From a virus (taxonomy: Duplodnaviria; Caudoviricetes), in IMG/VR virus record IMGVR_UViG_3300047463_000166, positions 95 to 64,094 of that record: a stretch of DNA of 64,000 nucleotides; one strand, 5' to 3'. The position numbers were made by a program, and so were the translations under genes. The notes below the pieces were generated by a model. The model did not search any database and had not been told where the DNA came from. It was given only the letters and a program-made list of their open reading frames with translations. Shown here one piece after another: positions 1 to 8,677 of the stretch; positions within the stretch are counted from its first letter, which is position 1, and each line of letters begins with the position of its first letter.

Positions 1-152
1 CGCTACAGTGTAGCGTTCTGCTACTGCCAGGTGCCGCAAAAAGGGGCAGGTGTGGCAAAAAAGGGCAAAAACCTCGGTCAGAGATTAGAAACCGAGGTTT
101 GAGGGGAAAAACCAGATCCAGAAAATCGTCCGATTTTTTGAAACCTCAAAAT

Positions 153-183
153 GGTGAGTCGATTTTTCAAATTTGAAACTTTT
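153..183 (+). repeat. Dispersed 31-bp motif copy 1 (GGTGAGTC-N3-TTTTCAAATTTGAAACTTTT), putative operator
   Basis: Near-identical copies at 153, 1203 and 14723; contains perfect palindrome TTTCAAATTTGAAA. Confidence 0.85.
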
Positions 184-190
184 CAGGCTC

Positions 191-216
191 CGGCAGAGGT
201 CGGCAGAGGTCGGCAG
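191..216 (+). repeat. Tandem repeat CGGCAGAGGT x2.6
   Basis: Read directly. Confidence 0.8.
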
Positions 217-736
217 TAACCGGCTTCGATCGACGATCGACCCCCACCCCCTCTTTCAAGGTCAGCTTATATATACACCTGTGCGTGTGGAGTATATGGT
301 ACAACATCCATACATCCATGAGTACTATGTGATGTCGTGGACTCATGGATGTGATTCTTTTCTTCCATAGTAGTATATATAAGCTAAGGTCTGACCTACC
401 CCTTGTATTATCAATCACTTGAAAGTAAAAACTATATCCGACCATTTTAGTCTCCAATGGCTCGTGGATGTTCACGATTTGAACACCCTCTCAGTGTAAG
501 GTGTTTTTTGTTTTTTGGTCGTGGTGGTCGTGTGATGTCATGGCTGCGCTCACCCGCCACACGAGATCCGAGACCCGAAACTCCTCTCATCATTCTCTAA
601 TCTTGTGTCTCCTTTTTACAACAGTGTATCTAAACAGATACAACATTGACCGTGTGAGGCGATCGTGCTGGCACTGTGGCGCAATGCCGACACACCAAAC
701 ACGAGAATCGAGACACGAAATTCGTGTTGCGTGATA

Positions 737-784
737 AATCAAGGGCTTATGATTTGGCACCGTCATTGCAATCTATTCCGGTAT
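737..784 (+). promoter_or_regulatory. sigma54-type promoter P1 with IHF-like box
   Basis: AATCAAGGGCTTA (737-749); TGGCAC-CGTCA-TTGCA (755-770); GTAT at 781; RBS GGAGG before ATG 793. Confidence 0.8.
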
Positions 785-792
785 AGGAGGGC

Positions 793-987
793 ATGAAGAT
801 GATGAAAGTGACGGCAAATAACGAGACGTTGGATGTGATCGTCGAGCAGGATTGGCCGAGCGGCTTTCGAGCAGTGGTGGATGGGGAGTATGACGGAGCA
901 CCGGACGGCGGCGGGTTCATCGGGTTTGGATCCACACAGGACGATGCGATTTCCGACCTGTTAGATAAGCGGGGAGGTCTGCTATGA
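793..987 (+). CDS. Hypothetical early protein
   Basis: RBS GGAGG, coupled to next ORF. Confidence 0.7.
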   Translation: MKMMKVTANNETLDVIVEQDWPSGFRAVVDGEYDGAPDGGGFIGFGSTQDDAISDLLDKRGGLL

Positions 988-1199
988 ATATCAACCCAAT
1001 CATCCGGCAGATCGTCAACAGGCAGCACGTCGGCACGTCGAACCGGCGCGTCATTCGAGCAGTGGTCAACGGGCTTCGGCGCAAGGCGCGGACCTTCCTG
1101 GCGATGCCGAAGGCCGACCGGCGAGCCCTGATGGAACAGGCGATCGAGGCCCACCGTCAGAATCGAGCCGAGTACCGATGGGTGATGGGCGGACACTGA
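984..1199 (+). CDS. Hypothetical basic protein
   Basis: RBS GGAGG, ATGA overlap. Confidence 0.7.
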   Translation: MNINPIIRQIVNRQHVGTSNRRVIRAVVNGLRRKARTFLAMPKADRRALMEQAIEAHRQNRAEYRWVMGGH

Positions 1200-1202
1200 G
1201 TT

Positions 1203-1233
1203 GGTGAGTCTGGTTTTCAAATTTGAAACTTTT
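1203..1233 (+). repeat. Dispersed 31-bp palindromic motif copy 2
   Basis: GGTGAGTCTGGTTTTCAAATTTGAAACTTTT directly before RBS GGAGG. Confidence 0.85.
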
Positions 1234-1243
1234 GGAGGTCTTT

Positions 1244-1621
1244 ATGACAAAACGATCGATGGAGTATCAGTACGGGTTTTTCTCTCCGGCGAAGTACACG
1301 GCGACGAAGTGGAACACGGCGACGAAGTGGAACACGGCTGAGGACAAACAGAAGTTTGCGATGGGCTTGGTGCGGTTTGTCGAGTCCGGCTTCAAGCCGA
1401 CGCGATTCTGCAAACCGTTGTACAGGCGGCTCTCGATGTGCTTCGGGCATATGGCTCACTTCAACAAAGACGGCTTTTATGACGAATGGTTCAGCACACC
1501 TGAGAAGCAAGCGGAGTGGGTGAACTACGTCGTGAGCCGGACGGTGTACGGAGATCCGGCGTGGACCTACAGCGACGTGGAGCGGGACATTCAAAAGTAC
1601 GTAAGGGAGAATTGGCTATGA
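1244..1621 (+). CDS. Hypothetical protein with 18-bp internal duplication (TATKWN x2)
   Basis: RBS GGAGG at 1234; repeat 1296-1338. Confidence 0.75.
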   Translation: MTKRSMEYQYGFFSPAKYTATKWNTATKWNTAEDKQKFAMGLVRFVESGFKPTRFCKPLYRRLSMCFGHMAHFNKDGFYDEWFSTPEKQAEWVNYVVSRTVYGDPAWTYSDVERDIQKYVRENWL

Positions 1622-1857
1622 GAGACTTCACCAAAACACGCGAAGCTCTGGCCCTGTATGACGCGAAACTGGCTGTGTTCAACAGCGACACTTTCAGCCG
1701 TATGCGGAACGGTGAAGCGGTGAAGTTCTTCATTGAGATGCAAGAGATTGAACGCGAAGTATGCAGACAGTTCATTGTTGCGACGAGCGATGTCAACAGT
1801 CCTGACAAGGCGAATGTCATCGGCGTTGGCCCCTGGCTGAGAAAGATGGTGCAGTGA
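1618..1857 (+). CDS. Hypothetical protein
   Basis: ATG overlapping upstream stop, RBS GGAG. Confidence 0.65.
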   Translation: MRDFTKTREALALYDAKLAVFNSDTFSRMRNGEAVKFFIEMQEIEREVCRQFIVATSDVNSPDKANVIGVGPWLRKMVQ

Positions 1858-2060
1858 TGAGTCCAGCGGAACACGAAGCACGAGACAAGGCAGCCGAGGT
1901 CATCTCTGAGTTGTACGGCAGACATGGAGCGGGATTCGTGTTGGCGACGATCGGGAAACGAATCAAGCAGACAAACGATCAATTCAATCTGTCGGCGGTC
2001 GAGCGTGAGCGGGTGAGGGAGTGGGCGCATGACATGCTCGAAGAAGGGATTCAATCATGA
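1854..2060 (+). CDS. Hypothetical protein
   Basis: Operon coupling. Confidence 0.6.
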   Translation: MMSPAEHEARDKAAEVISELYGRHGAGFVLATIGKRIKQTNDQFNLSAVERERVREWAHDMLEEGIQS

Positions 2061-2533
2061 ACATCACGTCAAAATATAATTTGGGACAGAAAGTATTTGC
2101 CGGTGGGTGTATGTGGCACTCGGTCCCTGTGACCTGTGAGCATTGCAACGGTTCCGGTATGGTGACGGTGTCAACGGCTCTTGAGTCGTATGACGTGCCA
2201 TGCCCCTACTGCGAACAGGACATGTGGGGCCAGAAGTCGAAAGGGTACACGAATGCGTACGATTTTCATACGTACGTACATTCCCTGACGATCGGAGAAG
2301 TGAGAGTCGAGATCAGCAACACGAAACACGATGCTGAATACATGTGTGAGGAGACTGGTGTCGGCTCCGGCACACTGCACGACGAGAAGAATTTGTTCGA
2401 GACCTATGAGGAAGCCAAGGCACACGGCGAAGCACAAGCGGCTGAGGCCAAGCTCCGGCGTGAAGAAGAGGCTAAGAAGAAAGCCAAGACCAAAACCACC
2501 AGAGTCCGAACCAAGAAGGAGACCAAACCATGA
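2057..2533 (+). CDS. Zinc-finger protein (DnaJ-like CxxCxGxG...CPxC)
   Basis: CEHCNGSG and CPYC motifs, basic tail. Confidence 0.7.
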   Translation: MNITSKYNLGQKVFAGGCMWHSVPVTCEHCNGSGMVTVSTALESYDVPCPYCEQDMWGQKSKGYTNAYDFHTYVHSLTIGEVRVEISNTKHDAEYMCEETGVGSGTLHDEKNLFETYEEAKAHGEAQAAEAKLRREEEAKKKAKTKTTRVRTKKETKP

Positions 2534-3006
2534 GCGGGATTGTCAGGAGTGAGCACAACGGGTACGAGATCACCGGCAGTGTGTACAGTGATGGGTCGAT
2601 TGGTTGGAAGTGCGAGGCACTTGAAAAGAATCCTCGGTGGAATGGTGACTCCGAAGAGTTTTCTGACTACCGAGAAATCGTCAAAGCGTTGGATGAGTAC
2701 GATCTGAAGTGTCGAAAGAGTTTTGTGAATAAGGCGGCGTACATCGTCAACCGTGGGTGGAGCACAGAGAAGTCTTCACACGAGAAGGTTGAAGTCACGT
2801 CACTGACTCCGAACGGCAAAGAGGCGTGGGTCAAGACAAAAGAGGGAAAACTACGGAAGCTCGATGTGGCGTCACTCTACGACAGTGAAGAGGGCGTCAG
2901 GTTCTTTGTAAAGTATCTTGATGAAACGATTGCCAAGTTTGAGCGTGACAAGCAAGCCTTACAGGATGCGCTCGATAAGACGCGGTGGGTGCCGAAACAT
3001 GAATGA
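2530..3006 (+). CDS. Hypothetical protein
   Basis: RBS AAGGAG, ATGA overlap. Confidence 0.7.
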   Translation: MSGIVRSEHNGYEITGSVYSDGSIGWKCEALEKNPRWNGDSEEFSDYREIVKALDEYDLKCRKSFVNKAAYIVNRGWSTEKSSHEKVEVTSLTPNGKEAWVKTKEGKLRKLDVASLYDSEEGVRFFVKYLDETIAKFERDKQALQDALDKTRWVPKHE

Positions 3007-3292
3007 TGTTGTCTACATCTACGCTCAAGATATGCACTGGTCGAGAACACTGTGCATGGCACCGATCAGCGATCGAGCACATAACCGAGATCAGGCGATA
3101 GATTGTGCTGGCCGGTTATACAAACGGGAGAAGGTACCGATCGTCATCGCAAGAAACGATTACGGGTATTTTGCGGTGGGAAAGATCGGGACAATCGACA
3201 GTAAGGAATTTCCCTACTGTGTCGGCGTCGTGGACGGCAGCGTATTTCTGTCGGCATCGAACATCAAGGAATGGGGTGTCCCATGTGGCTGA
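2999..3292 (+). CDS. Hypothetical protein
   Basis: ATG overlapping upstream ORF end. Confidence 0.55.
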   Translation: MNDVVYIYAQDMHWSRTLCMAPISDRAHNRDQAIDCAGRLYKREKVPIVIARNDYGYFAVGKIGTIDSKEFPYCVGVVDGSVFLSASNIKEWGVPCG

Positions 3293-3458
3293 ACATTGTG
3301 GTCAATCAAATCGAGCAAGTGTGGAACGTCGTTATTGAAGGACAGAGACGGACTTCGTTTACAGCGTGTAACACGAAAGGCGAAGCCGAAGATCTGGCAT
3401 CCATTGCCCGAAAGAATCCGACTGTGGCAGAAAAACTTCATGGAGTGAGGGACTAATC

Positions 3459-3896
3459 ATGTACTACGATGAAATTGAAGGGCCAAAGATGCGGAGGCGT
3501 GTACCACGAAAGAGGACGCTTGAATTGTACCGTGAAGCATTGACAGCGGTTCAAGCATACAAGAAGCAGGTACTCGACCAGGACGCATTCGGTGACGATG
3601 TCCTGTCGATCATGGCGACGGCAAGAGGGATCGATGAGTGGAAGCGGTACGATTGGGAGTGTGTTTCTGATGCGTGTCGGACGCTTCGGATACCTATTGA
3701 AGTTGGCATGCAGTTGACGGCGTGGAACGATCAGCTTGATGATGAGAAGGAACTCGACGAGATCAAGCACAAAGATTCTGGTCATGAGCGGTGGTTGTAC
3801 TTTTGCTGGCGTCTTCAACGTGAGATCCAAGCCCTTGAGTCTACACCCAGGAGACCAAGGCGGAAACGACTGAAGATTGTGAAGGTGATTTCATGA
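3459..3896 (+). CDS. Hypothetical protein
   Basis: RBS, ORF track. Confidence 0.65.
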   Translation: MYYDEIEGPKMRRRVPRKRTLELYREALTAVQAYKKQVLDQDAFGDDVLSIMATARGIDEWKRYDWECVSDACRTLRIPIEVGMQLTAWNDQLDDEKELDEIKHKDSGHERWLYFCWRLQREIQALESTPRRPRRKRLKIVKVIS

Positions 3897-4034
3897 GGCA
3901 TTTTGGTGTGGTGGTGAGGCGTTTTTGTCAGAAAAAGCGGTCGGGTTTTCTGAAGGAAATCACCGGAAACGAAAGGAATTCAACGGCTTACGTTTTTGGG
4001 TTTCTGGCACCCTGTTTGCAGTACATAGAGGTAT
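3894..4034 (+). promoter_or_regulatory. sigma54-type promoter P2 with two TGAGGC enhancer-like sites and IHF-like box
   Basis: TGAGGC at 3894 and 3915; ATTCAACGGCTTA 3978-3990; TGGCAC-CCTGT-TTGCA 4005-4020; GTAT at 4031. Confidence 0.8.
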
Positions 4035-4239
4035 GAATACGGCAATCAAAAGAGTGCGGCTGACCGGCAAGACGAAGAAAGGCCGAGAGCGGGTCAGGCA
4101 GCATGGGGAGTTTTGGAGAGTGGACATGCCTCACAGTCTCCCCCACCGGCTCTTGTTGTGGTCAGAGAAGACCGGAGATTGGCGGTGGGTGTGGATCGAC
4201 GGAGAGGACGTGCATTTTACCGTGGAGGTACTATCATGA
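4033..4239 (+). CDS. Hypothetical protein (probably leaderless)
   Basis: ATG at predicted +3 of P2. Confidence 0.6.
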   Translation: MNTAIKRVRLTGKTKKGRERVRQHGEFWRVDMPHSLPHRLLLWSEKTGDWRWVWIDGEDVHFTVEVLS

Positions 4240-4493
4240 GATATGTAGTTGAGTACAAGGAAGACAATTACGACAATTACGACGAACCTGAGCAGTACCA
4301 CATCCGAGACACGAAGCACGATACGGTCGTTGCGCGTATCCAAGTCGGAGACTTCACCGGCAAGGTGGAGTGGAACAACGGGACCATCGAAGCTCGGAAG
4401 AGGGTGTGTGAGAAGGAGTTGGAAGCGATCGACATGGCGCGGTTGCTTTGCGAGAAGCTCGAAGTGGCTGCGGAGAACGGGGAAGTGGCGTGA
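4236..4493 (+). CDS. Hypothetical protein
   Basis: RBS GGAGG, ATGA overlap. Confidence 0.65.
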   Translation: MRYVVEYKEDNYDNYDEPEQYHIRDTKHDTVVARIQVGDFTGKVEWNNGTIEARKRVCEKELEAIDMARLLCEKLEVAAENGEVA

Positions 4494-4558
4494 CAAGTTC
4501 AAAGGCTGTCGGGATTCTGTTGGCGTGGTTCAAACACAATACACAAAAGGAGCGAGAC

Positions 4559-5056
4559 ATGAGCACCAGAGCACAAATTGGGTTTTACGAGGATTCTGTT
4601 CTGATCACGAGGCCGGTTGCGTTGCTGTACCAGCACAGTGATGGGTATCCGACCAGCAAAGAGGCCGGTGTCGTGCGGACGTTGCTGGATATTTGCGTTC
4701 CGCTGATCGAGCAGCGTGGCTCGTACGATCCTGAGTATTTGGCGGCTCAGACGTTGTTCCGCCTCATTGCACAGTATGACAGCGGTGCAAGTGGGCTCGG
4801 TTTCGGCATCGGCAATGCACTGCATGGTGACGTACGGTTCTACTATGCGGTGACGGAGTATGGTGTGTATGTGTACGATGCGCGAAACATGACGGACGAA
4901 TCACTCAATAATCTCTCCGACTTAGAGCCGATGTTCTTCACAAGCTGGAAGAACGACGAGAAGCGGCGGAAGGTTGAGAAGGAGATCGAGAATCTTGAGG
5001 CGCGGTTGAAGGATCTGTACAACCAGCGCAAGAGTGTGCAGGTGGCGAGGCCGTAA
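4559..5056 (+). CDS. Conserved phage hypothetical protein (MSTR...HSDGYP type)
   Basis: RBS AAGGAG; YQHSDGYP motif. Confidence 0.7.
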   Translation: MSTRAQIGFYEDSVLITRPVALLYQHSDGYPTSKEAGVVRTLLDICVPLIEQRGSYDPEYLAAQTLFRLIAQYDSGASGLGFGIGNALHGDVRFYYAVTEYGVYVYDARNMTDESLNNLSDLEPMFFTSWKNDEKRRKVEKEIENLEARLKDLYNQRKSVQVARP

Positions 5057-5295
5057 TGCTCGGAGTCACGTTGCAAATCAATGACAGGATCATCGCATTC
5101 TACGAAATACGTAGAATGCACCCTGTCTGCAAGGCGATGCAGGACAACACGATCGGCACGTACAATGTGTACGACGACGAAGGCAACCTGATGATCGAGG
5201 GAATCAAGCATCGGTACGGAGATCGGGCGGAAGCGTTGGTTGCCAAAGTGATGCGGAAAGTGAGGAAGCTGCAATGCGTCCAGACACGGGCTTAG
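5056..5295 (+). CDS. Hypothetical protein
   Basis: TAATG coupling. Confidence 0.6.
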   Translation: MLGVTLQINDRIIAFYEIRRMHPVCKAMQDNTIGTYNVYDDEGNLMIEGIKHRYGDRAEALVAKVMRKVRKLQCVQTRA

Positions 5296-5431
5296 ATGCG
5301 TCGAAGGGTATTTTCTTAGGGATCATTCTGTCGATCGTGTTGTGGTTTTTGTTGACAGTCGGAGCCGTAACGGTGTGGTCATGGCTGACAGGATAACATC
5401 GGTACGTGACTGTGTCGCGCATTTGTCTGAG

Positions 5432-5506
5432 GCCGACGTAGCTCAATGCTAGAGCAGCGGTTTTGTAAACCGTAGGTTGGAGGTTGGAGTCCTCTCGTCG
5501 GCTCCA
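5432..5506 (+). tRNA. trnT: tRNA-Thr(TGT)
   Basis: Acceptor GCCGACG/CGTCGGC, anticodon loop TTTGTAA, encoded CCA; atypical C19/G56. Confidence 0.9.
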
Positions 5507-5565
5507 TTCGAGCGGTTCCGGTACGACGGCAGGATGTTGAACGATCCACACGCAGGAGACAAGAA

Positions 5566-5751
5566 ATGAAGCCGATCAAGCGCGTCTATCAACTTGTATT
5601 CGTGATGGTCGATGGTGCTGAATTGGCCTGGAAGATCTTCTCGAAGATCGAACACTACGAAGCCTACGTAGAAGGACTGAACGAGGAACACCTGAGACGG
5701 TTGGGCATCTCTGCCATTCGATATCGGATGCACTACATCGATCCTTTTTGA
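5566..5751 (+). CDS. Hypothetical protein between tRNAs
   Basis: RBS AGGAG. Confidence 0.55.
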   Translation: MKPIKRVYQLVFVMVDGAELAWKIFSKIEHYEAYVEGLNEEHLRRLGISAIRYRMHYIDPF

Positions 5752-5920
5752 GGAGGTCATCATGGTAATGGCACGAAAGAATGAAGACCATAAGTTGCTT
5801 GTGCTCGAAGGGTTCAAGAGTGGGTTCATCAAAGTGGCAATCGACTATGATGATGTGCCCCATGAGGAAGTTGAGGCGTGGACGATGGAGTTGATCGAGG
5901 TTCTGAATAACAACGGATTT

Positions 5921-5997
5921 TGAGGGGTAGCCAAGTCGGTACGGCACCTGACTGTTAATCAGGAGACGCGCAGGTTCGAGCCCTGCCCCCTCAGCCA
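5921..5997 (+). tRNA. trnN: tRNA-Asn(GTT)
   Basis: Acceptor TGAGGGG/CCCCTCA, CCTGA-CTGTTAA-TCAGG, T-loop TTCGAGC, G73, CCA. Confidence 0.93.
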
Positions 5998-6007
5998 GAT
6001 ATCGATT

Positions 6008-6120
6008 TGGGTGATGGTGTAGAAAAACACAACCGGCATGGACCGGAAGAGGTAGGAGTTTCTAGGGATAGACGTTGGAACGTACGTGAAATCCCCTAGC
6101 TTGTACTACTCATCCAGCCA
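6008..6120 (+). ncRNA. tRNA-like RNA with shortened anticodon arm and hairpin-extended T arm
   Basis: TGGGTGA/TCATCCA-G-CCA acceptor; GTGT/ACAC D stem; CCGG/CCGG stem; GTAG/CTAC T stem enclosing a CTAGGGAT/ATCCCCTAG hairpin. Confidence 0.65.
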
Positions 6121-6141
6121 CACACGAAAGACAAGATTGTA

Positions 6142-6693
6142 ATGCGTTGGTTTATCTCAGATCTACATTTCGGCCATAAAAACATCATTGACTACTGTTC
6201 GAGGCCGTTCCAAACCGCTGAAGAGATGGATCAGGCAATGATGGTGCAATGGAATATGACCATTCATCCTAGCGATCATGTGTACGTTGTCGGTGACGTG
6301 ACGTTCCACAGTCCAATGAAGACCGATGAGATCCTCAGCCAGTTGAACGGGCGTAAGCATTTGATCTTAGGTAATCACGACTACGATAAGAAGAAGGTGA
6401 AGGGCTCGCTCAAGAAACACTTCGTTACGATCGAAGAATCAGCGACGTTATTGATCGAGGGAGTGAATCGGAACGCGCATATGTTTCACTTCCCGTTATT
6501 TGGACGAGATAAGCCGAAGATCATGATCCACGGTCACTCACATAATTATCGACCGTTGGTGACGACATACGAGACGACAGGGCAGCTACTTATCAACGTG
6601 AGCGTCGAGAACATTGAGTACACGCCGATATCCGAAACACGAATTGCGGATTTCATCAAACAGCATGAGGATTTTCTGAGGGGTGGGGTATGA
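6142..6693 (+). CDS. Calcineurin-like metallophosphoesterase
   Basis: SDLHFGH, VGDV, GNHD and HGHSH motifs. Confidence 0.9.
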   Translation: MRWFISDLHFGHKNIIDYCSRPFQTAEEMDQAMMVQWNMTIHPSDHVYVVGDVTFHSPMKTDEILSQLNGRKHLILGNHDYDKKKVKGSLKKHFVTIEESATLLIEGVNRNAHMFHFPLFGRDKPKIMIHGHSHNYRPLVTTYETTGQLLINVSVENIEYTPISETRIADFIKQHEDFLRGGV

Positions 6694-6826
6694 AGAAAGA
6701 GTCCCAGGATCAGGTTGTCTTGGTGACGTTGGAATCGTCTCTGTCTCAGTGGGAGACAGACCGTACATTGTTCACAGCATTAGGTATGAAGGTTCACTCT
6801 ATTCGTACAATCAAAAGGAGGCCGTC

Positions 6827-7966
6827 ATGGAAAAGATCATCGACAACAGAGTGATCGTGGTTGCAGTCGAGCACGTCGAGAAACATCCGAACGCTGACCG
6901 ACTGGACATTGCTCACTTTGCAGGTTGGAACGTCGTCACGCAGAAAGGAAATTTCTCCCCTGGCGATCGGGCTGTGTATTTGCCGATCGACTCCGTACTT
7001 CCGAAGGAGTTGGAGCTTGAATTGTTCCCACCGGAAAGCAAGATCAAGCTCTCGAAGAGCCGGATCAAGACGATCAAGATCCGAGGCGCGATCAGTCAGG
7101 GGATGTTGGTACCGGCTACCGATCAATCGATCGTGTCGCGCTGCGGTCAGGTATTCATCGGTGACGACATCACCGACAAGCTCGGAGTCACGAAATACGA
7201 GCCACCGGTTGAGCAGACTCCTCCTCGGCTTGGTGTGGCGAAGGTCAGGAAGAAACATCCATTCTTCCCTGAGTACGGCAAGATCAGTCACCTGAAGAAC
7301 TACCCTGACCTTTTCCAAGAGGGTGAGAAGGTTGTGGTGACGGAGAAGATTCACGGCACGAACTTCAGAGCGGGATGGGTGCCGATCGAACTCAATACGG
7401 TGTGGAAGCGGATTAAGTATATGCTTACAAAGCTCATCGGCAGAGCGCAAAAGTGGGAGTTTGTGTTTGGCTCCCATCATGTCAACATTGCCGACAAAGG
7501 ATTCAACAACGGATTCTATCCGAAGAACGTCTATGAAGAGACGGTCGTGAACTACGGGCTCCGTCATAATATCCCGATGGGTTTTGTGATCTATGGGGAG
7601 ATCTACGGCTCCGGCATTCAGAGCGGTTATAGCTACGGGCTTGATGCTCAGGAGCACCGGCTGGCAATCTTCGACGTGTTGGTGACGAACGACAGAGGCG
7701 AGCAATTCTATCTTGATTGGCACGGCGTCGATCATTTTGCACGAGCCACAGGTCTTCCGCTTGTGCCGGTGCTGTACAAGGGTTCGTATAAACCGGAAAT
7801 TATCAACGATTGGGTTGAAGGTGCCTCAATACTTGACCCTAAGCAGAAAGTGCGTGAGGGCTGCGTCATTAAGCCGGAGGTCGAGACGAAGTGTTGGATT
7901 GGCCGGAAGATGCTGAGGGCGATCAATCCTGAGTATCTTCTGAAAGATCAGAGTGAGTGGCACTGA
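6827..7966 (+). CDS. ATP-dependent RNA ligase (Rnl2/DRB0094-like) with N-terminal OB-fold
   Basis: HPNADRL, KIRGAISQG, motif I TEKIHGTN, YGEIYG, FDV, REGCVIKP; RBS AAGGAGG. Confidence 0.9.
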   Translation: MEKIIDNRVIVVAVEHVEKHPNADRLDIAHFAGWNVVTQKGNFSPGDRAVYLPIDSVLPKELELELFPPESKIKLSKSRIKTIKIRGAISQGMLVPATDQSIVSRCGQVFIGDDITDKLGVTKYEPPVEQTPPRLGVAKVRKKHPFFPEYGKISHLKNYPDLFQEGEKVVVTEKIHGTNFRAGWVPIELNTVWKRIKYMLTKLIGRAQKWEFVFGSHHVNIADKGFNNGFYPKNVYEETVVNYGLRHNIPMGFVIYGEIYGSGIQSGYSYGLDAQEHRLAIFDVLVTNDRGEQFYLDWHGVDHFARATGLPLVPVLYKGSYKPEIINDWVEGASILDPKQKVREGCVIKPEVETKCWIGRKMLRAINPEYLLKDQSEWH

Positions 7967-8124
7967 TGGATGCGCCAGTCACATCATGCCCTTCTTGTGC
8001 GAAGAGTAGCTATGAATGGAGGGCGGTCGAAAGCATCGGATGGTGCTATAGTTGCGGCTTCTTTGTATACTACAGTTCAGTTGCCGAGTTTCAGAAAGTT
8101 GGAGAACGACGTGGCTCTAAGTAA
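7966..8124 (+). CDS. Small zinc-ribbon protein (52 aa, below ORF-track cutoff)
   Basis: MDAPVTSCPSC...WCYSCGF; TGATG coupling. Confidence 0.55.
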   Translation: MDAPVTSCPSCAKSSYEWRAVESIGWCYSCGFFVYYSSVAEFQKVGERRGSK

Positions 8125-8485
8125 CGAATATGTAGCGGGGCTGTTAGATGGAGAAGGATCGATCGGTCTGTATCGAGACGTGCGGGTGCCGAACACATAC
8201 AAGCCGAAGATCTGTATTCAACTTCGAGACGAAGTCGGGACGGCGTCGGTGCTCTCTGAGTTGTGCCGCCGTTATGGTGTCCGGCTTCAGCGAAACAGGA
8301 GGGGAATGTGTGCATTCTCACTGTATCGGGCTACTTCCTTAAAACAATTCATCGACGACGTACTTCCTTATACACGGCTCAAGACAACGCAACTGATTTT
8401 ACTTTGGGCGTGGTTAGAAACTCGCACATTCAACTACCGGTTCCATCAATTATTGAAGAATCACAAACAACGGAGGATCAAATGA
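8111..8485 (+). CDS. Free-standing single-motif LAGLIDADG homing endonuclease
   Basis: YVAGLLDGEGSI and LPYTRLK; GTG start with RBS GGAG. Confidence 0.8.
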   Translation: MALSNEYVAGLLDGEGSIGLYRDVRVPNTYKPKICIQLRDEVGTASVLSELCRRYGVRLQRNRRGMCAFSLYRATSLKQFIDDVLPYTRLKTTQLILLWAWLETRTFNYRFHQLLKNHKQRRIK

Positions 8486-8667
8486 GTCAGGGAACGCGCA
8501 CACAATTCGGAGAGTGGCTCTCGGAGAAAAAACATCTGACGCACACTGCGTACAGCCATTTGGCGGTACCGGCGAAGGCGTCGATCTACGACGAGTACCG
8601 AAAATCAACACGAAAGGGGGTGGCGACCGATGGCAACAAAGAAGAAGCAGGGCAAAAAGAAGGGTAA
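8482..8667 (+). CDS. Hypothetical protein
   Basis: RBS GGAGG, ATGA overlap. Confidence 0.5.
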   Translation: MSQGTRTQFGEWLSEKKHLTHTAYSHLAVPAKASIYDEYRKSTRKGVATDGNKEEAGQKEG

Positions 8668-8677
8668 GTAATCGATC

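Noticed and set aside
669-684. Additional sigma54 box TGGCACTGTGGCGCAA
   Set aside because: GG-to-GC spacing is one base short
7970-8485. Group I intron around the LAGLIDADG ORF
   Set aside because: Flanking ORFs appear complete and coupled; no interrupted gene or intron core seen; the ORF-track N-terminal extension overlaps a better small Zn-ribbon ORF
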